DNA of 64,000 nt from Nymphaea colorata. Lineage: Eukaryota. The stretch covers positions 4,960,001 to 5,024,000 of the forward strand of contig NC_045138.2 in assembly GCF_008831285.2 (NCBI RefSeq). The letters run 5' to 3'. Each line of letters opens with the position of its first letter. The stretch's first letter is position 1. Made by a program: the position numbers and the translations under genes. Positions 53,401 to 64,000 of this stretch are shown here, piece by piece. The notes beneath the pieces are model-generated. The model was not told the origin of the DNA. It was given only the letters and a program-made list of their open reading frames with translations, and searched no databases.

Positions 53401-56400
53401 TGCAAAACCCACAAAATCACATAGGATGTAGATGCCCCTTCGCTCATAAGCTCCACCAATCTTCTTCCCACTTTGTAAGTCTTGAACATAAACTACAGTA
53501 AAATGTAACATGACAATGTAGGTCATTAGTCAATTGTCCGATTAATAAAAGATTAGTGGGAAACTCTAGAGCATATTATAACACATTAAGAATTGTCATA
53601 GACTGAGAAATCTTAACATCTCCATAACCCATAATAGGTGACCTACCATCTGCACGTTTCACATGACGAGTCTAAGGTAATGTGTGGAGCAAGGTAAATA
53701 ATGAAGGTCTCCTACAAAAGTGCCTTGATGCTCCTGAATTAATAATCAAAGTAGTACCTGTATCATATGGAGCAATATTGGCAGACATACCACTATCAAT
53801 CATAATTGTAAAGGCCGATGGCTGAATAGATTTGTGTGTTAAGAACTGCTCATATTCTGACTTTTTGATATTCACTGTCATAATCTTCGGATGGAAAAAC
53901 AACGAAGACCTCTCTACTGTTGATGAAGTTGCCTGGACAGATCTGATAGGAGATTGTAATGAATTTTTGCCCTGCTTAGATGCAACACCTCTGCCTAGGG
54001 ATGTAACAGAAGGACGACCATGTTTATCCTAACTTTTGTCTTTCAAATGCCCTATGTTCCCACACTTGGTGCACTAAAATCTCCCACGACCTCCTCTTGA
54101 CCCTTGGCCTGTGCCCCTCCTCCTGGAGAAACTACCTCATGGCCTCTGGAAGCCACTAAGGCAGAGGCAAGAGCACCAAGAGCACCAATGGAAGGCTGAG
54201 AAAGGGTCATAGCAAGATGGCTAAGTCTATTGTAGGCCTCAGTTAGATTAGGGATTTCTGCTTCAGTCAACATTTGTGTCTTTACTACTCCATATTCGAA
54301 AAAGAGCCCCTGTAGAAACTTTGCCACCATAGACTGTCCAACATGAGTCTTGTGGCATGTGGGATATGGAGGACATAGAGCTTTCAGTCTTTCATAAATT
54401 GACTTGATGGAAGTGAAGTACTGAGCAAGACTTTGATCCACCCTGTTGCAAATTAAGTTATTCCTCCACCTACAATATCTTACTAACACCCTTGTCTACG
54501 TTTGTTTCAAAAAATCTCACATCTATTTGGCAGAGGTATAATATGCAATAGTAGAGGTAATCTGTGGTTGCACACTATTCATGATCCATGACATGACAAT
54601 CTACGACACACAGACATGGCAAAATGGGCCAAGTATCGGTGTCGACGCTTCGACACGTGGATCCCGACACTTGGACACGGCATGATACGTTTTGGATCGG
54701 GTTTGGGTCAGACCCGATCCGAACCACTTTTCTAACCTGACATTTTAACCCTAAACTTCCTTACGCGTCCCTGTTTCATGCTTGATGCTTCCCTTTGCGA
54801 CGATTGCTTCTCCTTGTAACCAGCGACAGCAATGGCGGGTGACGGCGACGGCGACAAGGTCCGGCGATCCACTGCGACGTCCGATGGTGTCCAGCGGCAG
54901 CTGCCGACAGACAGGTAAGTGGTTTTTTCATTCTTTTCGATATTAGAAGCTAGGGTTTCACGTTCTTCATTTGGGTTTTTGTTTTTTGTTTTGGATTTGC
55001 CGATTTGGGGATGTTTTTGTTTGAATATTGGACGATTAATCCGTCCATCTTGATCCTAAGAGTGAATTATTAAGTTTATGTTTTTTTTTTTATTTTATCA
55101 TTTTTAATTTTTTAGAATATAAAATTTGCTGTGTCTGCGTATTCAAAAACTTTTGAAAATTGCCGTATCCGTGTATCCGTACACATACCCGTATCGTACC
55201 CGCACCCATGTGACATAGATGACAATATTATTATCTTCCTTCCATGTATTATATTTTCCACTTTTATCACAAACACATTTTCTTCTATAACATGCTCCTT
55301 TAGATGTCCAATCACAGATATCATAAACACACGGAACCAAATTTCATAATTAAATTAATCTAACTTTACAGTAGAGCCATAAGGAAAGGGATTGGCCATG
55401 TTCTTATGCTCATACTGCATCTCTGGCTTGCCTTCATCAGCCATAATGCGAGACTGGACAATATGACCTTAACCTGGTGACACTTTGATACAATCAAGAA
55501 GTATAGCGCACAACAATCAACTTGAGATGATTTAGGCAGCAAAATTTTTCAGCATCAATAAAAGTATTTATTAAAAAATATCTATCAACTTGTTCGGTTA
55601 ATCAATTTACCAATCACAACAATCAACTTGAGAGGATCTAGGCATCAGAATTGTTCAACATCAATAAAAGTACTTGAAAAAAAATTATCAACTTATTGTT
55701 CAGTAAATCAGTCCACCAAACTCCCACGTAGTAGGCTTCATACCATTGCTTACTAGAATCCACATATGCATATAAGAAAGACAATCAATCTGATAAGAGT
55801 ATATCCAACTTGCAACCACTTTTTCACAATCAGCCAAAAAAAAAAATCTGATAAGAATATGGTCCACGACTCCACGTACAACCACTCTTCCACGAGCCTA
55901 GATCTGACTTACAACTTGCCAACGTAACTCCCAAGCAGTTGCTCATGCTCCACTACATCCACATTGGAAACGTAATCACACATACTTCTCACGTGTGATT
56001 AGGTTCCCCTTCCATGCTAGTGGCGTAGCCACATGGTGGCTGGTGCAGACAGTTGCCCGCACCAGCCTTACAAAATTAGTTTAATACATATGTTAATGTT
56101 TTGATATATTTGATTGTTATACATATAAATGCCCCAAATAAATTAAAGGTAATGAATGAGTGCCCCCACCAGAAAAAATTTCTGGCTTCGCTAGTGTTCC
56201 ACGCTGCTCCACTATGTCCTGATCAGTAGAGAGAAGAGAGAAAGGAAGGGTGGAGAAAGAAAAGAAGTGGGAAGAGATGGGAGAGAGAAGAGGTCCCTGG
56301 AAAGTCATGTCAGCTGCCGGCAGAGAAGGGTGGATATCGCCGGCTTTGATACCATGTTACAACTTGCAGTCTTAGAGAGAGAAGATCATCTTATTAACTA

Positions 56401-59400
56401 ATCCTAATCTCACTAATAAACAAATTACAACAGCGGTAGAGACTTACAAATAACATCAACCAAAAGTAGAGAAATGTTTAAAGAGAACTCCTAATTATTA
56501 AATATTGCAAAGGACCATCTAGAAACTTAATGTCTTCTAATTTAACAATAGCAATATTTGCTATTTATTTCAAAAGGAAAGATGTTCTAGTGCAAGCAGG
56601 AAATTGATTTCCATGCTTCTTTCTATGCATGCTTGAATGCACTGCTCATTGTTTTGTTTGGAAACCTCTTGTTAAATTTAATGAACTAAACGTAACAGTT
56701 AACAAAATTATCTATATCAATCAAGCAAGTCAGAATTTGTCTCACGAAGTTATTTTTATATGTTCCTTTGTCCACCATGAAAATTTTGAAACCAGATCAG
56801 TGTGGTATTGCTTTTGTGTTTTGATCCTATAATTTGAACGTTTTCATGCCTTGGTATTAAAGAAACTAGGAGGCATCCTAGGATAAACCAGTAAACTTAT
56901 TTGTGCCAGATTATATGTGCTTGTGTGCCTCTCAGGTAACACATGCTTCTCATCTTATCCTTCCTCTTGTATAGTTTGAACCAGTGTCACAGATATTGCA
57001 ATATTTTCAAACATATTGCTATATCAGCATCAAAATCAGAACAACGACAAAATCGGGAAAAAATATTTATTGTGTTATTATCTCGATTTTTTCATTTTTC
57101 TATTTTTTAGCATTGATATTATTATGGATTTAAATATAAACTTAAAGTAAATTATTTTCATCAGTTTTATTATCGTTAAAATATTCCTTTTATCACTTTT
57201 ATATAATTTTATTCATGTTTTCCTATTAGTTTCTCATTTATTTCATTTATACATAATTTTTTTATTTTCAAAAATTTTCTGAGTTTTTCTCGAGATTTTC
57301 CCAAAAAAAAAAAACAACTTTGCCGTTAAAAACCCGAGAACGGTATTTGTGACACTGGTTTGAACTGATGCATGTGAATTTGTTGTCTTTTTATGTTTTT
57401 CTTTGTCAAAAATATACTAATGATCTTGTAGAAACTGATCTTTAAGTCCGGACTTGTTCTGCCCTGTTGTAGTGGGCGTCAAATGTTCTGAAGAAGCCTA
57501 TTGTTACTTTGAGATGGCTGTATGAATGTTGGAATGAACATCATGTTGTTCCCCAAGAGCCACACAGGATTCTTCCTTTTGTTGGTTTAACCATCTGCGT
57601 GACAGGAATCCTTGCAGGTTCGAATTTGTTCAAAATTACAAATTAAAAATTTTAGTTTTGTCCATTTATAGAAATGAGGAACTACTGACTGTTTGTTTTC
57701 TCAGATGAGCGGAAGGAGATGCGTGAGCGTATTATGGAAAATGGTGGTCAATATTCTGCAGATCTAACAAAGAAGTGCACACATTTAGTTTCCAACATAT
57801 CCTTTTAAACTTGAACCTTTTCCTAGGCCATTGCTTTTCTTTCTTTCTGGTAAGTTGCATAGTGTGGCAAGTAGCATAGTGTAAAGGGTTGCTTTTCTAT
57901 TGGTAGTTATCTGTCACAGACATGTTTCATTTTTCCACGTGATTCTGTGTTGTCTTTTACAATGAGCTGCTAATGACTAGCTTGTAAATATTCTTTTGGT
58001 AAACTTCATCATGGATAACAGTCCACACTCACAAGATTTATAAAACATGAAATTGTTCCATCCATCAATTTACTCTTGATGCAGTTTCACTGTTTCACAT
58101 TATCTTGCATCCATTGTTTACTTACCATGAAGATATTTAAGATATTTGAAGATGCAAGGTTGTACTTTTTTTAAAAAATAGGCAAGGGCAACTATTTCCC
58201 TGTGAGTGCTTGTGAGCAATGTTATTTGTATCGTATAGATCGCAGAAACCTATACGAGACGCTTGCGTATCGCAAGCGTATCGCCCGTATCGTACGATAT
58301 GAGATAAAACAAAAAAATCTTTATTTTTTAAAGTTTAAAAACTCCTCCCTCTCTCTCTTCTTGTATTTAAAGATTCCAAGGGACATAGGAGGGAGAAATT
58401 TTGCCCATTTTCATTAAAAATAACCAAGGATTCATCGATTTGGGAGATATTATCGTTGAATCATGAAAGATGATATATATGTTTTGAACATATAAAATTG
58501 TGATGTAATCAAAGTCCTAAAACTCCAAGTCCTAAGACTCTAAGTCTTAAGATTCTATAAAAATTTCAAGTTTAAAATTGTGATGGATGCTTATTATGTT
58601 ATTTTGAATATCTGATTTCTTATTTTTGAATGCGTTGTTGATACACATGAATGTTCCTTATGTATGATGATCTTTTTTATATTTGAATACATTTTTCTTG
58701 ATTTCTGATTTTTTGTTCATTTTTTCTTATTTTTAATGATTTTTTTCTATTTTTTCTGATTTTTAAATATTTTTTAAAATTAAAAAATTAATTTTACGAT
58801 ACGTTACGTTACGTTTGCGATACGTTACAATACAACGTATAGGTCAGCCCGACCGATACGCGATATGCTACGCCTTTTATAACATTGCTTGTGAGGTCAG
58901 AAGTGGTCAGGTTTATCACATATACTGATTGTAAATATGGAAACTAAGGGAAAAAAATGATTTAAATTTTTTTCATTTTACTTGAGAGCTTGAGTTTATA
59001 AAATACTAAATAAGTTCACATGTTTTTGGCATTAGAATAGTCATTTGCTGACCAGTAGAATCTGAAGAGGAGGAAGATGTACCTGGCCTGTGGCAGGAGG
59101 AGGAGGCGCATATTCAAGGCTGAATTAGGTTAAGGGTTATATTCGATGCTACTTATAGATTTTGTTGTCCTAAACTTCTTTTGTTATCATTTCCAAGAAG
59201 AGACCCACTTTACAAAGTTTCCTTCTTAAATTTTTTTTTTTTATTACATTAAGAGGCTTGTTGTATAGTTTGTAAAAGGATTCTCTTTACTTCTACTTTT
59301 TTCACACACATACATTGCTTTACCAGCACCGAAATTTTTGTAGAAAGTACCACAGTTGCACCCTGCAGTCGTGTGACATAGTACTCTAGGTTTTCGTGTG

Positions 59401-62400
59401 GGACTTGACCTTTTTACGCTTGATAATTGTAATGTTTTCCAACTAACCAAGCAGGCTATGTGCTTATGGAATTTACATAATTCAGGTCTTTGTTATGAAA
59501 GTTGACCTGCTTGTGTCTGATAATTGCATTGTTGTCCAACTAACTAGCAGTATACATGCTTATGGAATTTACAAATAATGCATGTATTGTTCCCCTGCGT
59601 CTAGAGTCTGTATAGTCCTTTGCTTTTGTTGTATTTGCTTTGCTTATGTTAAGTCTTGGTGTAAGCTAGTTTGTTCACCTATGTCGGAGTACCCTCCCAA
59701 AACAGCTCCCTAAGTGTGATATTGGGATTCCTTGTTTTGGATGGTCGGCATCGGGAATTCTGTAAGCGGCTTCGGCCATCCTTGTAAGTAAAGTGTAATA
59801 GCTTACTTGCTTTCTCTCGTGATGTACTATTCTCTCTGAAGTGAAATATATTGCGACTTTTCTTTCCACACTCTTTGTGCAAATTTGTGTCCTTTGTTTT
59901 CGAGAAAGCGTTCAAGTGATCTGCGCCCACTTGAACGAGGCGAAGGCTTGCGGCTTACTGGCGAGAGTTTGCCGCGCCGCGCGGTCCGAAGGAGTCGGCC
60001 CGTGACATGTATAGTGCTTCTAACAAATGTGTGTGCCTCATATGCCACATTGTACCATTTGACCTTTCACTACTGATGTGGCTGCTGGTGCCAATGCTGC
60101 CTTGGTGCATCAGGGTGGTTGTCCTACATAATGCTTTATGTTTTAACTTTTAAGTCATATATACTAATATCATTTACACTGTATGTTTTAATTTAAGTAG
60201 TAGAATTCATTTATTGATATAAATAGAAGCCTTTTTCACACGTGTATCCATGTCTACAACACACACATATGCCTTTTTCTGCACATGTTCCCATCCTTAA
60301 AAGTTAAAACCATTGAACCAAGTGATTAAATGATGAAAATAAAGTGATCTACACAGATTGTTTAATAAATAGTAACTTTTGAGTCACATCTTTTGGTTGT
60401 ATAAAAAGGAAGATCAAGTGCATAAAGAATGACCAGCTCACAATGCATCAAAATATGGTGGGTTGAAAAGTCAGATTTATTTCCAAAAATTTATCCAAAA
60501 CAGTAGTTGTACGATATGTTATGCATAGAACGCTCAGAAACACTATGTTGAATCTATCTAGGCCAGGTAAACTATGTGTGTGTGTGTGTGTGTGTCTGTC
60601 CGTGTGGTCTGGACCCACTGCATGTTTTTTTCGTAAAAAAATATTGCACCTGCACCTGCACATTTATGCATGTGATATAGCATGCTCCGTGTGGATAGAT
60701 GTATCTGATGAATGTGTATTTTTGGAGCTGCTAGTTTTTGTCGTTTTCTATCATTGACTCATTCTTCAATCTTAAGAGGTCATTGTTGGATTACCATCTG
60801 CTATGAAATATGGATATATCATGAACTGTTTACTTTTTTTTTTTTAATTAGTATGCCTGCCATCTAGTTGTTTGGTCACTAACGCTTTGCACATTCAGTA
60901 AGTTCAAGTATGTGCTGTTTTGCAGTAAGATACTACCTCATTAAAATTATTGTTTTTGACATGCTCTGTTCAAACTTACCAGTTATACAAACATATTTAC
61001 TAGTGAAGTCTTAACTTCCCATTTCCCATACACGCTCCTGAAGGGGACAAGTATAAGGTTGCTAGAAAATGGGGTTCTGTTCATATTGTTAATACTAATT
61101 GGGTTCAGCAATCTATTGCTGTCAGAGGTAAATACCAAGCACATCTTCTGTAGCTATTCTGTTATAAATCGAATTTTCTTTGATGTTGTTTCCATATTAA
61201 TTCACTCTTTCAAGTATAATTTTTGTTGCTATATTCTTGCTACATACAGTTTGCCTCGATGAAAGCCTTTTCCCTGTCAGAGGAGCTTTTAGTGCATCTA
61301 ATAATATGTTGCAAATCAGTCAGAAGCGGCTAAGCAACCCGGAGAAAACATGCTCAGTTTCCCAGTCTGCTGCTAACTTGGAGAATAATCTCTCACAGCC
61401 CATGTCAGCCACACTGTCAGATGCAAATACTTTTGTCAGAGAATCCTCTGATTCACCAGCTTTGTTGACTAGAGAGGGATTACAATCTGACCCATCTACT
61501 TTTGTTGCTGATGATTCACAAAATGGAGATGATGACCTTTATCTGGCAGATTGCAGAATTCTGCTTGCTGGATTTCAAGCATCTGAAATGCGTGAACTAG
61601 TTAGCATGATCCGCAGAGGAGGTGGCTCCCGGTATATGTCATTCAATGAGAAGTTGACTCACATAATCGTGGGAATCCCCTCAGATGTGTAAGCATAAAT
61701 TATCATTTATATAATGTGAAATTTCTTTTCCAGTCTTGATTGGTTGTCATACAAAGATGTTAGTGCTTCTTGAGGACTCTTTAAATTTCTGGTGCATCCA
61801 TTGGCTTTTCCAACTAATTTTGTGTGTGTTTGTCTGTCTTTGTAAGCGAAAAGAAAGAGATAAACCGGCTTGCCATGTGGGGTGTAATTAACATAGTGAG
61901 ACGCAACTGGCTGGAAGATTGTCATCGTGGAAAAAAAGAAGTCCCTGTGACCCTGAAGCACATGGTCTCAGATTCTCTTCTAACCAAAGGTCTGTTTGGG
62001 ATACAGTTCTTTATTCTTAGACACTTTTAGTCTCATTCATAAGCTTTAGCATTTGAGAAAAATGTCAGCCATTCCTGTGCAGATGTTGGATAACTTTAAA
62101 AGAACTTAACCTCCTAGTTGCATAGTGGTTGCTTTATGTGCTGATTTTGATTGCTCATGAAGCAGAATCCTCTTCATTGGATGGTGTAGTGGGAACACCT
62201 GGCGGAGTTCCTGCCCAGAACATTGCACAAACTTTTTCCTTTTCCTCTGGACAGCATTCTGGTGATACAAGAGTTGAAATGCAAACAGAAAACAGTGGTG
62301 AATCAAGACTGAAACGTGGGCCTTTTGAGATAAGTAAGAAGCTCAGCAAGTCAGTGGAGCCAGGTGTAAATCCAGACCTGGAAAACAGGTCACTGGCTGC

Positions 62401-63024
62401 AAACAGGAACACGAAGCATGTGATCAAATCCAAGCATGAACCACACCCAAATAGTAAAGATCTGCGAGCAAATGGTGTTTTTGGAGGGAGACTATTTTGT
62501 TTTTCCAGGTCATATCCTGAAGACCAGGTGGGCTGGTTGACTCTTTTCTGCACCATCATCTCATGCTTCCTTGTATGCTTGTTTCTTAGTAGATTTCTTT
62601 GAGCTTAACTTGTCCTTGAAATATGGATGTTTTATGAAGTTATGAACAACGCTTGGAGATTTGCTAATAGCAATTGGAGGCTAGATACACATTACTAATA
62701 ATAGATACATGATTTTGTGATTTCTCTTTGCTTGTGTTCTTGCTTATGGATAATGGCTCCTTGTATGTTGCTAGCTCATTTTCTGAGTTCAATGGTCTTA
62801 TGAGCCCAACCATGAACTTGGGTTTACTTACTGTTGGATTCCTGTTTTTGTTGGTTAAGAGAGCTGAAGTTATTGAATGGGTGACACAAAGTGGAGGACT
62901 GATGGTAGAAGGTCCAGGCGAGAATGTTGATTTCATCATAGCATGTCATGGTCAGTCCAGGAAAGACTCTGATGTTTATCAATCAACTCTTGTTTCAAGC
63001 CACTGGATCAAGTTCTGTTTTGAG
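47448..63024 (+). CDS. TOPBP1: Multi-BRCT DNA topoisomerase II-binding protein 1 (TOPBP1/MEI1); 5' part only, continues beyond the window
   Basis: Exons: 47448-47615, 47741-47783, 48275-48396, 48697-48804, 57473-57617, 57705-57796, 61034-61127, 61250-61688, 61847-61989, 62166(or 62163)-62527, 62860-63024 (627 codons in frame). Starts MAFEGANVFLSRSLVAPEVFDAVHDALRSNGA. BRCT repeats such as PFVGLTICVTG...IMENGGQYSADLTKKCTHLV-SN-APEGDKYKVARKWG...VNTNW and LYLADCRILLAGF...IRRGGGSRYMSFNEKLTHIIVG. Confidence 0.9.
49153..49550. repeat. Tandem duplication, 2 x about 199 bp, in TOPBP1 intron 4
   Basis: Units start at 49153 and 49352 (ttacatttgtcttatttgcttgggtc...) and differ by only a few bases. Confidence 0.92.
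54601..55218. mobile_element. hAT-type non-autonomous element nested in the Copia gag region
   Basis: Perfect 8-bp TSD ATGACAAT (54593-54600, 55219-55226); imperfect TIR ctacgacac/gtgacatag; subterminal GACACG/GTATCC repeats. Confidence 0.85.
56018..56196. mobile_element. Short hAT-type MITE nested in the Copia leader
   Basis: TIR-like ends tagtggcgtagcc...ggcttcgctagtg; TSD ttccatgc/ttccacgc; a related copy lies at about 18128-18323. Confidence 0.7.
56982..57357. mobile_element. hAT-type MITE in TOPBP1 intron 4
   Basis: TIR cagtgtcacagata/tatttgtgacactg; perfect 8-bp TSD GTTTGAAC. Confidence 0.9.
58217..58887. mobile_element. hAT-type MITE inside the AT-AC intron
   Basis: TIR caatgttat/ataacattg; perfect 8-bp TSD CTTGTGAG; subterminal CGTATCG/CGATACG repeats. 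Confidence 0.88.
59588..60007 (+). mobile_element. Probable solo LTR (420 bp) inside the AT-AC intron
   Basis: Begins TGT, ends GTGACA, and is flanked by an identical 5-bp TGTAT (59583-59587, 60008-60012). Has an LTR-like R/U5 composition and a GC-rich 3' end. Confidence 0.7.
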
Positions 63025-64000
63025 GTATACCTGTGCACTTTCAACTCTAGCAAATCACGACATTACTTCATAGATGCCATAGGAGATTTGAATCTTGTCT
63101 CTTACTTGTCAAGCCTTGTAAGTATTTCACAATTTTGCATGTGATAGCAATTGGTTTTGCACATAATCCGACTTCTGCGTTTAAGCAATTTGCTGATAAG
63201 ATACTCTTAGAGAGATTATGTCTTCTTTCCTATTTGTAAGGTTTCTTCACAGTTTGAGACTTGGACATAATTGGACTCTCTTAATTATTTAGAAATTCTA
63301 GATTATCTACATTTCTGCTTGTCAGTACTTCAGATCAAAACTTATTTATAGTTGCTTTCTATTGTATGGATATTGTTTGTATGAAACTAGTCTTTTAGAG
63401 CTGTACTTCATATTATCTGTTTTGCCTAAGCCCCTGAGAGTTTTATATTCCTTGTTTGCAAGATAGTGCTGCAAAAGGAAATCATAGCAAAACTATAAAT
63501 GTATGTAATCAATGATGTGACATAGTAACTATTTTTTGTATCTTAACACTGATTTAAAGAAATGTGAGCTTGGAATATTATGTCTGTGAAAATGAGGATA
63601 GCCATGCTTGCTAGAGAAGGGAATTCTTTCTTCTGAACGGAATGAGCTTGTTGGCAAGTTTAATTTTGTTTGACTTACAGTTTATGTTCTTGTGGGCAAT
63701 CCTGTCCATGTTTGTTAACGTGCTTCTTTTTTTCCCTCACTGCAGTATGCATAATGGAAACCAGAAGTGAATGTGTGTTTTATTGATCCAGTTGTCTTTG
63801 GAATGCTAGAGTCATCAAAGCAAAACCTGTCCAGCTATTTTATGTAAATACTTCGTAAGATGGAGCTGGTTTCTGCCTAGGCCTGCCCCACGTGTTTGAC
63901 TACTATGTCGGACATTTAAGCAAATACATATCTCTATACTTCAACTTGCTTATATCCTTTACATTTGTATTGAATTTTTTGTGTCATATTTGTTGGCTTT

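Larger units (their letters stand above)
50531..56547 (-). mobile_element. Full-length but decayed Ty1/Copia retrotransposon, antisense in TOPBP1 intron 4
   Basis: LTRs 50531-50721 and 56355-56547 (TGTTAC...AACA); perfect 5-bp TSD ATAGC (50526-50530, 56548-56552); tRNA-Met PBS TGGTATCA (56347-56354, minus strand); polypurine tract AGGGGGAG. Fragments of gag, protease (IINSGASRH), integrase (HVDVWGP), RT (KLKKAIYGLKQSPRA, YVDN) and RNase H (YCDNKA...KHIEVDCHYIRD), with many stops and frameshifts. Confidence 0.95.
57797..61033 (+). other. U12-type (minor spliceosome) AT-AC intron of TOPBP1, 3237 bp
   Basis: 5' end ATATCCTT; branch site gTCTTAAC at 61008-61015; 3' end ...catacAC at 61033. Joining gives the in-frame BRCT sequence CTHLVSN|APEGDKY. 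Confidence 0.92.

Noticed and set aside
59045..59135. Purine-rich exon-like segment (ctgaccag...ttag|gttaag) inside the AT-AC intron
   Set aside because: Inclusion would require hybrid U12/U2 introns. It is not needed for the BRCT reading frame and has no recognisable homology.

Overview
Flowering-plant nuclear DNA: AT-rich, with spliceosomal introns and many transposons. The species cannot be determined from the sequence alone. Five genes are readable: (1) an intronless RAV AP2/B3 repressor (-, 7638-8519); (2) a chloroplast ascorbate peroxidase (-, 19573-25122) whose 3' end has both a thylakoid-anchor exon and a 2-codon stromal terminal exon, so one gene could make tAPX and sAPX; (3) chloroplast NAD kinase 2 (-, 28445-35913, about 995 aa); (4) a small single-ORF acyl-CoA-binding-like gene (+, 44454-44897) with altered CoA-binding residues and a PTS1-like C-terminal AKM; (5) the 5' part of a multi-BRCT TOPBP1/MEI1 gene (+, from 47448, running off the window), with E2F sites and a 3.2-kb minor-spliceosome AT-AC intron. 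Mobile DNA comprises two decayed Copia LTR elements, a solo LTR and at least a dozen hAT-type MITEs with 8-bp target-site duplications (TSDs). One Copia has non-canonical TG..CT ends and has lost RT; the other lies in a TOPBP1 intron and carries nested MITEs. Long (TA)n microsatellites lie upstream of RAV. All exon boundaries were read by hand and no database searches were run. The most novel-looking item is the divergent ACBP-like gene; the APX switch and the AT-AC intron are the clearest structural signals.
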